Shown here: positions 18,640 to 28,465 of the stretch, one piece after another
Layout: each line of letters starts with the position of its first letter
Numbering within the stretch: the stretch's first letter is position 1
Source: Burkholderiales bacterium
Lineage (GTDB): Bacteria; Patescibacteriota; Minisyncoccia; Phycocordibacterales; UBA9973
Length of the DNA stretch: 64,000 bases
Assembly (NCBI GenBank): GCA_023701005.1
Contig: JAMPXW010000001.1
Coordinates: 207,843-271,842 of the forward strand
Reading direction: 5' to 3'
Position numbers and translations under genes: made by a program
The notes under the pieces: generated by a model
Database searches by the model: none
The model's input: only the letters and a program-made list of their open reading frames with translations
What the model was told of the DNA's origin: nothing

Positions 18640-18903
18640 GAAAATATCTGTATTTACTTCTCTAGGTATAGCTTTTTTGTTTACAAGCATAGTCAGCTTG
18701 TTGATATCTTTTTCTCTTGGTTATTTTAAATTATATATTGCTAATATAATGCGACATTGGCTGGATTAGTGGAGATATCTTATCCCATCTTTATAGCTAT
18801 TTTTAGTTATTTGTTGTTAAAAGAAAAAATAACCATTACGACATTTGTTGGGGGAATTATAGTTTTTATTGGAATATCTATAGTTTATTATTTCAATCGT
18901 TAA
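18640..18903 (+). pseudogene. Remnant of an EamA/DMT-family transporter (two frame-shifted fragments, no start codon)
   Basis: One frame gives ISVFTSLGIAFLFTSIVSLLISFSLGYFKLYIANIMRHWLD*. Another gives LAGLVEISYPIFIAIFSYLLLKEKITITTFVGGIIVFIGISIVYYFNR*, a typical EamA C-terminal repeat. Confidence 0.4.
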
Positions 18904-18997
18904 ATATTTTTGTTAAGAATCTTTTTATTTTATAGGTATGATATACTTATGTTTAGATTTATAGTACATTTTAACATCATAAAGGAGATTGTAATCA

Positions 18998-19759
18998 ATG
19001 AGTGCTTGGATTAAGTCTTTTCGTTTATTTGGTTGTTTCCTTATGGTTTCCTTAACCATAATGAGCTTTGTTTTTGCTAGGATAAATATATTTTGGGAAG
19101 CAGTTATCGCAGTATTTTTTATTACTAGTGCAACAATGCTCCAAAATGATTGGCGTGATAGGTTCCATGATATCCATAAGGATAAAATGCTTGCCTTTCA
19201 ACAACCAAGAAAATTTTTTGCATTGTTATTAATATTTTGGTTGATAAGTTGGACCTTGATAGGTTTTATTGTTGCCCTTAACCTGAATATTGGTATTGTG
19301 CTAATTATTTTTACAGTTGTAGGGATCGTATATTCAGAAACCCGCATGATTCCGTTTATACCAATTGTTCTTGTTTCGTTTGCTTCAGCAGGTCCAGTGA
19401 TCTTTCCACTTGTTATGGGTGCAAATTCTGGGAAACTTTTTCTATTATTTTTTTCAACGGTATTTATTGTCTTTGCTAGAGAGATAATAAAAGACTTAGA
19501 CGATGAGCAAATTGATAATGGCTACAAATGGACAATTCCGCTTGCGTTTGGAGAACAACGTGCAAGAATACTTACTGCTATAATTATTATTGTGTGGTTT
19601 GTTCTTGTTGTAAAAATTTCATTGATGCTTTTATTAGTAATTCCTTTTGTGGTTATTGTTTTAGTTGCACTCATTTGTGGGGCTAAGCCACTTATGGTTA
19701 AAAGATATCTTAACATGGTAATGGTTCTTGTTATTTTTTTGCTCATTATTTTCGAGTAA
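18998..19759 (+). CDS. UbiA-family prenyltransferase (membrane)
   Basis: NDWRDRFHD matches the UbiA NDxxDxxxD motif, with a second Asp-rich motif KDLDDEQID and about 8 transmembrane segments. Confidence 0.65.
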   Translation: MSAWIKSFRLFGCFLMVSLTIMSFVFARINIFWEAVIAVFFITSATMLQNDWRDRFHDIHKDKMLAFQQPRKFFALLLIFWLISWTLIGFIVALNLNIGIVLIIFTVVGIVYSETRMIPFIPIVLVSFASAGPVIFPLVMGANSGKLFLLFFSTVFIVFAREIIKDLDDEQIDNGYKWTIPLAFGEQRARILTAIIIIVWFVLVVKISLMLLLVIPFVVIVLVALICGAKPLMVKRYLNMVMVLVIFLLIIFE

Positions 19760-19790
19760 AGAGGTCTTGTTATAAGCAGGACCTCTTTTT
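19759..19790 (+). terminator. Rho-independent terminator after the UbiA-family gene
   Basis: agaggtcttg...caggacctct stem followed by ttttt. Confidence 0.55.
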
Positions 19791-19824
19791 GAAAAAAGTT
19801 TATAATCTATGATACAATTTATTA

Positions 19825-20265
19825 GTGGAATTAAAAGAAATAAAATCTTCGGATATAAAATTATTAAATAAAGCTACTGATTTGATTTCTAAATATTCGT
19901 GGGGGCATGATTACCCCGTAAGACCCATTGATGAGATTTTGAGAGCAGATTATCGAATTGGAGCGATGATTGCTGATGAACTTGTGGGTTTTGGGACAGT
20001 TGGTTTTGGTTTTGGTCCTGATAAATTAGACAATGATCAATTATGGATTGCTCACGCAGTAGTTCTTCCTAAATTTCGCCAGCAGGGTATTTTTAGAGAA
20101 ATTTTTAATGCACAGTTATCTTATGCCAAGAATAAAAATAAGCGTATAATGACTTGCACAGACAATCAAATAATAATTAATTTTTTATTAAAAAATGGCT
20201 GGAAAGAATTACGACAAACCATAGATGAATCAGGCAAAGCTTCTAAGGTTTTTGAATATAAATAA
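19825..20265 (+). CDS. GNAT-family N-acetyltransferase
   Basis: Acetyl-CoA binding motif A region RQQGIFREIFNAQLSYAK. Confidence 0.7.
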   Translation: MELKEIKSSDIKLLNKATDLISKYSWGHDYPVRPIDEILRADYRIGAMIADELVGFGTVGFGFGPDKLDNDQLWIAHAVVLPKFRQQGIFREIFNAQLSYAKNKNKRIMTCTDNQIIINFLLKNGWKELRQTIDESGKASKVFEYK

Positions 20266-20294
20266 AATAATATTATGAATAAAATTAAAATTAT

Positions 20295-20687
20295 ATGCCA
20301 TTAGGAATTCGACACATTGAAATATTGGTTTCAAATTTACAAAAATCTATTGATTTTTATTCTGGAATTTTTATTTTGATTGGTTGGGAACAGGTTGATG
20401 TGAATAGTTTTAAATATGAAGATACAAAAATTTACTTTAAAGAGACAATTTTATCAAAAAGAAATATAGAAGATAAACAAAGAAAAATTTTAGGTCCTAG
20501 GCATTTATGTTTTAATGCAAACAATAGAAAGATGGTAGATAGTGTAGGTGAGTATCTTAATAGTGGATCTTTTAAAATAATTCGTGGTCCTTTGGAAGTT
20601 TTTGACGAGTATCATCCAACTGGAGGATACTATGCTGTTGATTTTTATGATCCGGATGGATTTATATTAGAAGTTTCATGTAATTGA
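20295..20687 (+). CDS. VOC / glyoxalase-family protein
   Basis: The IRHIEILVSNLQKSIDFYS ... GYYAVDFYDPDGFILEV beta-alpha-beta-beta-beta pattern. Confidence 0.65.
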   Translation: MPLGIRHIEILVSNLQKSIDFYSGIFILIGWEQVDVNSFKYEDTKIYFKETILSKRNIEDKQRKILGPRHLCFNANNRKMVDSVGEYLNSGSFKIIRGPLEVFDEYHPTGGYYAVDFYDPDGFILEVSCN

Positions 20688-20762
20688 GATATAGATGATT
20701 TAATTGACAATTTATGTATATAGGAATATGGTTTAAATGAATCCACAGGGAAGGAGTACTTT

Positions 20763-20960
20763 ATGAGGAAAATCACATTTTTCCATACTGGAGACGAAAA
20801 GAGTCGGGAAATAGAAAAATTCTTGCAAGAGAAAAGAATTTCTTTTACGACTATCTTTACTGATAACATTGTTCCGGTTCTTTTTTTGTTCTCTATTGTA
20901 GGTTGCTTAATAGAGTTAAAAGGGGATCAAATTTATCAGTTTTTTGAATTTTTGAATTAA
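20763..20960 (+). CDS. Small hypothetical protein; strong SD (GGAAGGAG) upstream
   Basis: 65-aa ORF with a good ribosome-binding site; no recognisable family. Confidence 0.35.
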   Translation: MRKITFFHTGDEKSREIEKFLQEKRISFTTIFTDNIVPVLFLFSIVGCLIELKGDQIYQFFEFLN

Positions 20961-20963
20961 AAA

Positions 20964-20996
20964 GGGGTGGACAAATAAAGTCCACCCAATTTTTAT
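20964..20996. terminator. Rho-independent terminator
   Basis: gggtggacaaataaagtccaccc followed by aatttttat. Confidence 0.55.
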
Positions 20997-21196
20997 AAGA
21001 TCAGTTTCTTTCCTTTTTTCCTTTCCCTTATTTTTTTGGAGATTAAAAAAAAGGCAAAAATCATTGCTAACCCCGCATTGAAACAAGCAATGATTGACAC
21101 CATAATTAAATTATCTTCTATAATGGCTAACTTTTTAAGGACCATTATAAATAGAATCCCCACCGTGTCCACGATTAAAAATTGTTTAATCATCAT
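20993..21196 (-). CDS. Small hydrophobic membrane protein (hypothetical)
   Basis: 67-aa ORF with two predicted transmembrane segments and a basic C-terminus. Confidence 0.25.
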   Translation of the reverse strand: MMIKQFLIVDTVGILFIMVLKKLAIIEDNLIMVSIIACFNAGLAMIFAFFLISKKIRERKKGKKLIL

Positions 21197-21306
21197 CCTT
21201 TCCTCGCTTATTGTTGTACATTTCTTTATAGTTATATTGAACTTTTGTAATTTTTTGTCAGTTGCGTAGACTTGATTTATAAATATTAAGAATTAGTTAT
21301 TATAGT

Positions 21307-22278
21307 TTATTCTAAAATTAGTTTTTTGAATTCTTCTACCATGGGGACTTGTTCTGGGTCAGAGCCATATCCTATCGCAGTATAGTATGCAGTAAAATCA
21401 GCCAATAAAAGTGCTGAAAAACATTTCTCCCAAATTTCTTTCTCATCTTCTAACTCTATTGTTTCAACGCTGAGATTTCTATCTTTATATAATTTTTCTA
21501 ATACCTCCATCCTTTTTATTATTTTAGGATTATCATTTTTGTCTTTTAGAATAATAAAGTAAAATTTACTACTTAATTCTTTCGTTAGATTGTTCATATC
21601 AAAGCCTGTCATTTCGTTGTGATTTAACTCGGGCAACACATTACAAAAAGCAGGTATTTTGCCTGTTTCATTTAATTTTATTTTCCAAATATATGCGAGA
21701 GATGTATTTTTGTTGGATGTATAAATAACAGGTACAAAGTTTTTAATCTTCTCAGCCAATGCCTTACCTTTTTCTTCAAAAGATTTAGGATTTAAATTAT
21801 TTTCTAAAGTAGTTAATTGTTTTAAATCATTCTCAACTTTCATTATTTTTAAGAAAGCTTTTGTGAAGAGCCCTAAGGCCATGCGTGGTTGGATGCCAGT
21901 ATTTGGTAATTCTATGTATGGAGTGTTGTTTTCTTTTGCTAAAGATAATAATTTTCCACCAGCTGTGATGATGGATATATTCAAATTTTTATCTTTTGCT
22001 TCATTGTATGCAGTGATCACTTCTTCTGTATTTCCTGAATAAGAACTTAAAATAATTGTTTTGTTTTTTAATTCTTCTGAATTAAGTTTTGGCAAACAAT
22101 AATCACGTTCTATCAGAATATCGATTTCTGGTTTACATGTTTTTATTAAAAGGGGAGCGAGAACAGACCCTCCCATACCTATCACTATAAAACTAGATTT
22201 TTCTTCTAATTTATCAGCATTTACAATTTCTGGCTTATATGAGAATTGCTTATTAAAATTTATTATTGATTCATACAT
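21307..22278 (-). CDS. Bifunctional phosphoglucose/phosphomannose isomerase (SIS domain, archaeal-type PGI/PMI)
   Basis: SIS domain features IVIGMGGSVLAP and IILSSYSGNTEEVI; size and layout match the PGI/PMI family. Confidence 0.65.
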   Translation of the reverse strand: MYESIINFNKQFSYKPEIVNADKLEEKSSFIVIGMGGSVLAPLLIKTCKPEIDILIERDYCLPKLNSEELKNKTIILSSYSGNTEEVITAYNEAKDKNLNISIITAGGKLLSLAKENNTPYIELPNTGIQPRMALGLFTKAFLKIMKVENDLKQLTTLENNLNPKSFEEKGKALAEKIKNFVPVIYTSNKNTSLAYIWKIKLNETGKIPAFCNVLPELNHNEMTGFDMNNLTKELSSKFYFIILKDKNDNPKIIKRMEVLEKLYKDRNLSVETIELEDEKEIWEKCFSALLLADFTAYYTAIGYGSDPEQVPMVEEFKKLILE

Positions 22279-22287
22279 TTTTTTATT

Positions 22288-22896
22288 TTAACATTTTTTT
22301 AATTTATTATATATATATGAAAATACGGTTGGCAGGAAAGATAAGATAATTATCGCTAAAATTATTGGCAATAAGTATTTATCAATATTTGGTATCTGTT
22401 GTCCTAAGAAATATCCTAATAGAGTCAATCCAGCTCCCCATATTAAACCGCCGATCACATTATAAGTGACGAAAGTCGCATAATGCATTTTACCTACACC
22501 AGCCAAGATTGGAATGAAAGTACGGACGACAGGTAAGAAGCGTGCCATAACGACAGCTTTTTTGCCATGTTTGTTGTAGAAATTTTCTGCATCCACAATA
22601 TATTTCTTTTTAAAGAAAAAAGAATCATCTTTGGTAAATATTTTAGGTCCTATTTTCATTCCAAACAAATAGCCTATTTGATCACCCAAGATAGCGGCGA
22701 TAGATATACCTAGTACCAATAAAATAATATTAAAATATCCCTGTGATGCTAAAAGTCCTGCTGTGAATAATAAAGAATCTCCCGGTAAGAAAAATCCAAA
22801 AAATAATCCTGATTCAGCAAAGATTATTAGGGATACTCCAACATATCCGATAGTAGTTATCAGTGCTGGTAAATCTATGTTTAATAAAAAATCCAT
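22288..22896 (-). CDS. DedA / SNARE-associated family membrane protein
   Basis: FLPGDSLLFTAGLLASQGYFN and ...ARFLPVVRTFIPILAGVGKM are DedA signatures. Confidence 0.75.
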   Translation of the reverse strand: MDFLLNIDLPALITTIGYVGVSLIIFAESGLFFGFFLPGDSLLFTAGLLASQGYFNIILLVLGISIAAILGDQIGYLFGMKIGPKIFTKDDSFFFKKKYIVDAENFYNKHGKKAVVMARFLPVVRTFIPILAGVGKMHYATFVTYNVIGGLIWGAGLTLLGYFLGQQIPNIDKYLLPIILAIIILSFLPTVFSYIYNKLKKC

Positions 22897-22899
22897 GAT

Positions 22900-23712
22900 C
22901 TATTTTAAAGCGTCTTCGATTTTTTGTTTGACTGTTGTTAGTGATTCAGCTCCTTCTATAGTACTTACAACTTTACCATTTTTTAAGATATATCCTTTCG
23001 GAGTTCCAGATACACCAGATTTATTTGCTTCGTCTCTTGATAAAGACACTGTCTCATTATATTTATTACTATCTAGACATTGGTCAAATGCTGCAGTTTC
23101 TAAACCTAAAGTTTTGGCAAAAGATTTTAAATTAGTATCTGAAAAGTTTCCTTTGTTTTCTCCTTTTTGATTGGAATATAAGTAATCATGAAATTCCCAG
23201 AATTTATTTTGATCTCCTGCACACAAAGCTGCCTCAGAAGCTTGATTTGATTCTTCTCCTAAGAAAGGAAAATCTCTATAGACAAATAATACTTTTCCAT
23301 TCTTTACATAATTATTTATTATTTCAGGCATGAAGGGTGTCCATGTTGGATCTTTTTGTTTCAAATAGTTTATTACTTCTTCGTTTGTGCCATTGACTGC
23401 TCCACAGAAAGGACATTGATAATCTTCATACAGAATGAGTGCAACTTTGGCTTTAGAATCACCCAGAGTTTTATCTTCTTTTGTAATAGGTTGTAAAGAT
23501 GCTATTGGAATAGCTTTATTATCAGAGTTGTTATTTTTAGGGGATAGAGAAGAAAAATATATTGCTCCTGCTATTAATACTCCAGCTATGACTATAGCCA
23601 TCGGCATGGATAATTTTGATGTTTCTTTTTTTATTTCTGGTTCCATAATTTTTGAAAAATAATTTTTAATATCTTTATTATATATTATTCTAATAAATAC
23701 AGACATTGACAA
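22900..23712 (-). CDS. DsbA-like thiol:disulfide oxidoreductase with N-terminal membrane anchor
   Basis: CxxC active site (YQCPFCGA) within a thioredoxin fold. Confidence 0.7.
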   Translation of the reverse strand: MSMSVFIRIIYNKDIKNYFSKIMEPEIKKETSKLSMPMAIVIAGVLIAGAIYFSSLSPKNNNSDNKAIPIASLQPITKEDKTLGDSKAKVALILYEDYQCPFCGAVNGTNEEVINYLKQKDPTWTPFMPEIINNYVKNGKVLFVYRDFPFLGEESNQASEAALCAGDQNKFWEFHDYLYSNQKGENKGNFSDTNLKSFAKTLGLETAAFDQCLDSNKYNETVSLSRDEANKSGVSGTPKGYILKNGKVVSTIEGAESLTTVKQKIEDALK

Positions 23713-23779
23713 AACCTATCTTTTGGTCTAAAATAAATACAGAAAATACATTCATAAAATAAATATAAGTGAGGAAAAA

Positions 23780-24118
23780 ATGCAAAAGTTATTAACTGAT
23801 TTAAAAGAAATCTTAATAAAGAATGGTTCTGAGGTATTAGAAGGTTCTTTTTCTTCAAGTCTTTCTTTTGATGAAATTTTAGAAACTCCATCAAAAAGAT
23901 ATAAAAAAACTGAAGTTAGATTAAGATTTTCTTCTGGAGTAGAATCACTTGGTTCAATCATCGGGAATTTGGATGAATTTATTTCAGAGCCAGAAATCGA
24001 TTTGGAATTAGAAGGGCGTGTTTGGTCTTTTTCGATTGATGATTTACTATTTCATCTAAAATTTCTTAAATCACAAAAATACAAAGAAACTTGTGGTAGT
24101 TTAATTGTAAGGATTTGA
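23780..24118 (+). CDS. Hypothetical protein
   Basis: 112-aa ORF followed by a terminator; no family recognised. Confidence 0.35.
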   Translation: MQKLLTDLKEILIKNGSEVLEGSFSSSLSFDEILETPSKRYKKTEVRLRFSSGVESLGSIIGNLDEFISEPEIDLELEGRVWSFSIDDLLFHLKFLKSQKYKETCGSLIVRI

Positions 24119-24123
24119 ATAGG

Positions 24124-24156
24124 GAAGGCTGGTAAATTTACCAGCCTTTTTATTTT
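24124..24156. terminator. Bidirectional terminator between the 23780 gene and proA
   Basis: aggctggtaaatttaccagcct followed by ttttatttt. Confidence 0.6.
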
Positions 24157-25406
24157 CTTATATTGTATTTACCAGTGACGATCCATTTATATGTAGTCAT
24201 TTCATTTGGACCCATTGGTCCACGAGCATGAATTTTGTTTGTAGATATTCCTATTTCAGAACCAAGCCCAAAAACAGCTCCATCAGAGAATCTAGTAGAG
24301 GCATTTACATATACCACAGCAGCATCTATCTCATTTAAGAATCTTTTAGCATTTTTATTATTTTCTGTGAGTATTGCTTCGGAATGTTTCGAAGAATGTA
24401 TATTTATAAATTTTATTGCTTCATCAATATTTGAAACAGTTTTTATAGACATTTTTAAACTTAAAAATTCACACCCGAAGTCAGAATTTTTTGCAATTTT
24501 TAAAAGCTCTTTAGGATAGATATCTTTAAGAATTTTATAGCTTTCTTTGTCTGCAAATATTTCTACTTTTTTATTTATTAATAGTTTTGCAACCTTAGGT
24601 AAAAATTCTTTTGTTATTTTTTCATTCACAATGAGAGTATCTAATGCATTGCATACACTAGGACGTTGTGTTTTCGCATTGAAAATAATTTCAGCGGAAG
24701 AGTCTAGTAAAGCTTTTTCATCTACATATGTATGACAAACTCCTGCACCCGTCTCTATTACAGGAACTTTTGCATTTTCTCTAATAAATTTTATGAGCCT
24801 ACTACTTCCACGGGGGATTATGACATCAATGAAGCCAATAGCTTCAATCATATCTAGTGCAGAATCTTTAATGTTTGGATCAATGAACTGTACTATTTCA
24901 GGATTTGCTTTAGAAATTTGTAGAGCATTTTTGATTAATTTATGAAGAATTATATAGCTTTCTCTTGCTTCTTTTCCTCCTTTTAATACAGCCACATTGC
25001 CTGATTTAATACATATAGAAGCGACATCAGTCGTCACATTTGGTCTTGATTCATAAATGATACCTATTACTCCTATAGGTACTCTTTGTTTGCATATTTT
25101 TAATCCAGATCTTTCTCTACATTCGAAAATTTCTCCTAAGGGATCTTTCATCTTTATTAAATTTTTTATTTCCTCTATCATTCCGTTGATTCTATTTTCA
25201 TTCAACAAAAGACGATCATACATAGGATCATTTTTAGAGAGTTTTTGTAAATCTTTTAAATTAGCTTTTGTTATTTCTTTTTTATTTTTTTCTAATTCTG
25301 TTATTAAATTTTTTAGAATTAAGTTTCTTTGTGAATGAGAAAGGAGAGGGGCTGAGGCGGAGGCTTTTTTTGCATTATTTAATTGTTTAGAAATATTTGT
25401 TTGCAT
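24150..25406 (-). CDS. proA: Gamma-glutamyl phosphate reductase (glutamate-5-semialdehyde dehydrogenase)
   Basis: 418-aa ALDH-fold protein with the catalytic Cys region AVFGLGSE...C... Operon context with proB and proC. Confidence 0.85.
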   Translation of the reverse strand: MQTNISKQLNNAKKASASAPLLSHSQRNLILKNLITELEKNKKEITKANLKDLQKLSKNDPMYDRLLLNENRINGMIEEIKNLIKMKDPLGEIFECRERSGLKICKQRVPIGVIGIIYESRPNVTTDVASICIKSGNVAVLKGGKEARESYIILHKLIKNALQISKANPEIVQFIDPNIKDSALDMIEAIGFIDVIIPRGSSRLIKFIRENAKVPVIETGAGVCHTYVDEKALLDSSAEIIFNAKTQRPSVCNALDTLIVNEKITKEFLPKVAKLLINKKVEIFADKESYKILKDIYPKELLKIAKNSDFGCEFLSLKMSIKTVSNIDEAIKFINIHSSKHSEAILTENNKNAKRFLNEIDAAVVYVNASTRFSDGAVFGLGSEIGISTNKIHARGPMGPNEMTTYKWIVTGKYNIRK

Positions 25407-25407
25407 A

Positions 25408-26154
25408 TTATTTACCTAATTCTTTTGCTTTTTTATAAGCAGCAGATACAGCAGTAGAAATTATCTTTTCTAAATTTTTGTTTTTAAAAGTTTTCAATGC
25501 AGCTTCTGTCGTTCCACCCTTTGATGCTATTTTGTTTATTAAAATTGAATAATCTTCATTCTTGCCCAATAACGCTCCTGCCATAAAAGTCTTTTTTATT
25601 AATTGTGTACTTTCTTTTTTTGTAAAACCTAAGCTGATTGATGTTTTTATCAAACTTTCTGCCAAAAAGAAAAAGTAAGCAGGACCACTTCCTGATAGGG
25701 CGGTGACTTTGTCTAAAGCATCTTCATTTTTTACTTCAAAATTTTCAGTTATTTTATTTATGAAGTCTTGTGCTTTTTTCTTCTCAATATTAGATAAGCC
25801 TTCTTTTTTCCAGGCAGCTATGCCTTCTCCGACAGACAAGCCTAGATTTGGCATCATTCTGATTATTTTTTTATGGCTGGAAAGCTTTTTTATTTTATCT
25901 ATTGTAAATCCTGCCATGATAGAAACTATGATAGAGTTTTTGTTTATTTTATATTTTTTCAATTCTTCTATCGCTTTTTTAGCATCTTGTGGTTTTACAG
26001 CAAGGATTATGAAATCAGATTTTTCTATGTTTGTTAGATTTTTATTATCTATGTCTACAGTAGATATTTTTATATTTTTATCATTCTTCAATAGAGCATT
26101 TGCTATTGCTTTACCCATTGTTCCAAAACCGATGATTGTTATATTTGTTTGCAT
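25408..26154 (-). CDS. proC: Pyrroline-5-carboxylate reductase
   Basis: N-terminal Rossmann motif IGFGTMGKAI and the P5CR dimerisation domain. Confidence 0.85.
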   Translation of the reverse strand: MQTNITIIGFGTMGKAIANALLKNDKNIKISTVDIDNKNLTNIEKSDFIILAVKPQDAKKAIEELKKYKINKNSIIVSIMAGFTIDKIKKLSSHKKIIRMMPNLGLSVGEGIAAWKKEGLSNIEKKKAQDFINKITENFEVKNEDALDKVTALSGSGPAYFFFLAESLIKTSISLGFTKKESTQLIKKTFMAGALLGKNEDYSILINKIASKGGTTEAALKTFKNKNLEKIISTAVSAAYKKAKELGK

Positions 26155-26165
26155 GTTTTTAAAAA

Positions 26166-26912
26166 TTAATTTTCAAATTTTGTTCCAGGAAAATTTTTGT
26201 TTAATGCTTTTATTATTATATCTTTTTCTTTTCCATTCCCGATCAATGTCTCTACTCCATTTTGGGTAGCATATTTAGCGGCTTGTATTTTTGATATCAT
26301 TCCGCCTGACCCTAAATCTGATTTTTGAGGAGAACAAAGATTTTCAATTTTTTTATTAATATTTTTTACTTCTTTGATAAGTTTAGCATTTTTGTCATTA
26401 TCTGGATTGCAAGTATAAAGTCCATCTTGGTTGGTCAATATTATGAGTTTATCTGCCTTTAGTCCCACTGCAACTTTGGCGCTGAGGGCATCGTTGTCTC
26501 CGATTGTTAAATCTTCTGTTTTCATCACATCGTTTTCATTTATGATGGGCAATATCTTGTGAGCCATCATAGCTTTTATGTTTGAGACGAAGTTTTGGAA
26601 ACGTTCTTTGTTTGTAAAATCATCACTTAAAATAAGTATTTGTCCGATTGATAATTTGTATTTTTGAGCTTCACGATAATAATCGTGTATCAAGATGGGT
26701 TGACCTATAGCAGCAGCTATCTTTTTTTGGTGTGGGTTTTTAGAAGGGGATTTAGGTAAACCTGCTCCGACAGCACCAGAAGATACTAGCACTACTTCGT
26801 GTTTTTTGTTCATAAGAAATGCGATCTCTTTTATAAGTTTAGATATTTTCTTTTGATCAAGCCCATTCTTTCCAGCAATGACCTGAGTCCCAACTTTTAT
26901 AACTATTCTCAT
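26166..26912 (-). CDS. proB: Glutamate 5-kinase (kinase domain only, no PUA domain)
   Basis: IVIKVGTQVIAGKNGLD ... VLVSSGAVGAG amino-acid kinase motifs. Confidence 0.85.
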   Translation of the reverse strand: MRIVIKVGTQVIAGKNGLDQKKISKLIKEIAFLMNKKHEVVLVSSGAVGAGLPKSPSKNPHQKKIAAAIGQPILIHDYYREAQKYKLSIGQILILSDDFTNKERFQNFVSNIKAMMAHKILPIINENDVMKTEDLTIGDNDALSAKVAVGLKADKLIILTNQDGLYTCNPDNDKNAKLIKEVKNINKKIENLCSPQKSDLGSGGMISKIQAAKYATQNGVETLIGNGKEKDIIIKALNKNFPGTKFEN

Positions 26913-27033
26913 ATTTTTATCTTATATGAATTGGGGGCATATTACTAGGTTTGACAAAAGTACTTAATAATGATACAATGTGTATTGGTTTAGCTAATTG
27001 AAAATAAAATAAATAAAACCTTAAGGAGGTAAT

Positions 27034-27540
27034 ATGTTAGTGGATTTAATAATTGGTTTATGTGGTGGATTAATTGCTCTTGTAAAAGGTTATGAGTGGA
27101 ATTCTATTATAGTATTCTTTGCTGCTTTTGTTCTTGATATTGATATAGTGATAAATGAATTTTATCGTATCTTTATTAAGAAGGAAAAAAAATTTGGTAT
27201 TGAGAATTTTCTCGATGAATATTCTTATACACACAAATTTATTTTTCATCTTCCTCTTGTTGCTCTTCCTATTGTTTTTGTTTCTGGATTGTTTTACAAA
27301 GATGCCATGTTCGGTTTTCTTGTATTTTTGATGGTATTTTATCATTTATTTCATGACACTGTAGACAAAAATTTTGATGGAGTAAGTTGGCTTTGGCCAC
27401 TTAGTAAATCCGTATTTAAATTGCGAGCTAATGTTGTAGAAATAAAAAGCAGAGATCATTTATTTGAAGAAGCAATGGAAATGGAAGTAAAAAATCCAAG
27501 AAACACTAAGAGTATTTTAAAGGATAATTCAATAACTTAA
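27034..27540 (+). CDS. Membrane protein, possibly a DUF457/YdjM-like membrane-bound metal-dependent hydrolase
   Basis: Hydrophobic, with an HLFHDT motif; low-confidence family guess. Confidence 0.35.
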   Translation: MLVDLIIGLCGGLIALVKGYEWNSIIVFFAAFVLDIDIVINEFYRIFIKKEKKFGIENFLDEYSYTHKFIFHLPLVALPIVFVSGLFYKDAMFGFLVFLMVFYHLFHDTVDKNFDGVSWLWPLSKSVFKLRANVVEIKSRDHLFEEAMEMEVKNPRNTKSILKDNSIT

Positions 27541-27554
27541 TTTATAAAAGTGAG

Positions 27555-27749
27555 GTGTTTACGAAACCTGAAATTAGATTTATCTTAGTGGTTATGTTTG
27601 TGTTTGGGATTTTAGCCATTTGGGCTGCTCGTAAAATTCCCAAAGAAATGAAAGCAAATAAAACACAAATGCTCATGATAAGAATTTTTATATTCTTATT
27701 TTATTTATGTTCGATGGGCATGTTTGTTAGTTTTATTTTTGATGGATGA
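27555..27749 (+). CDS. Small membrane protein (hypothetical)
   Basis: 64 aa with two transmembrane helices. Confidence 0.3.
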   Translation: MFTKPEIRFILVVMFVFGILAIWAARKIPKEMKANKTQMLMIRIFIFLFYLCSMGMFVSFIFDG

Positions 27750-27753
27750 TTTT

Positions 27754-27782
27754 AACCGGACGCCTGGCGTCCGGTTTTTTAA
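27754..27782. terminator. Bidirectional rho-independent terminator
   Basis: ccggacgcctggcgtccgg followed by tttttt. Confidence 0.65.
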
Positions 27783-28432
27783 TGGGCGAGGGTGAAGGCG
27801 ATTATTTTTCTTGCCCCGAAAGATTTTAGAGTTTTTTTAGCCTCAGACAGTGTAGCTCCTGTCGTGAGTACATCATCTATCAAGATGATGTTTTTATTTT
27901 TTATCATTTCTCTGTTTGTCACTGAAAAAGAATCAGTTAGGTTTTTTAATCTATTATGACGATCTTTTATATTTGCTTGGTGTTCTGTTTCTTTCGTTTT
28001 TATTAAAATATTTTTCCATAATTTAAAATTATTTTTTTCTTTATCTATTTTAATTAATTCTAAACAAATTAACTCTGCTTGGTTGTATCCGCGTTCCCTT
28101 TGTCTTTTCTTTGAGAGGGGAATAGGAATAAGAATTGGCTCTGTAAAATTAGACATCATTCTCAATTCTGACAATTCTTCTATTATTTTCCCATATAGAA
28201 CCTCCGCATATATTTTAGCTAGGTTCCTTTTACTTTTGTATTTTAAAAGCCAAATAGATTTTTTGATAGCTGTATGACGATAATCAAACAATGGAAATAT
28301 CCAAGTAGCACTTTCTCTTTCGGCAGAAGGAGAGCTCAAAAGACAATCCACACATAGGTTTGATCCTCTCTTTTTACATGAAATGCAATTCACAGGGAAA
28401 ATCACATCCAATATGGTGTCTAATATTGTCAT
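27779..28432 (-). CDS. comF: ComF-family protein (competence; phosphoribosyltransferase fold with N-terminal zinc finger)
   Basis: Double-CxxC N-terminus (CISCKKRGSNLCVDC) and the PRTase motif IILIDDVLTTGATL. Confidence 0.7.
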   Translation of the reverse strand: MTILDTILDVIFPVNCISCKKRGSNLCVDCLLSSPSAERESATWIFPLFDYRHTAIKKSIWLLKYKSKRNLAKIYAEVLYGKIIEELSELRMMSNFTEPILIPIPLSKKRQRERGYNQAELICLELIKIDKEKNNFKLWKNILIKTKETEHQANIKDRHNRLKNLTDSFSVTNREMIKNKNIILIDDVLTTGATLSEAKKTLKSFGARKIIAFTLAH

Positions 28433-28465
28433 CTATGTTATAATTATAAGCATAATTTAACCAAA

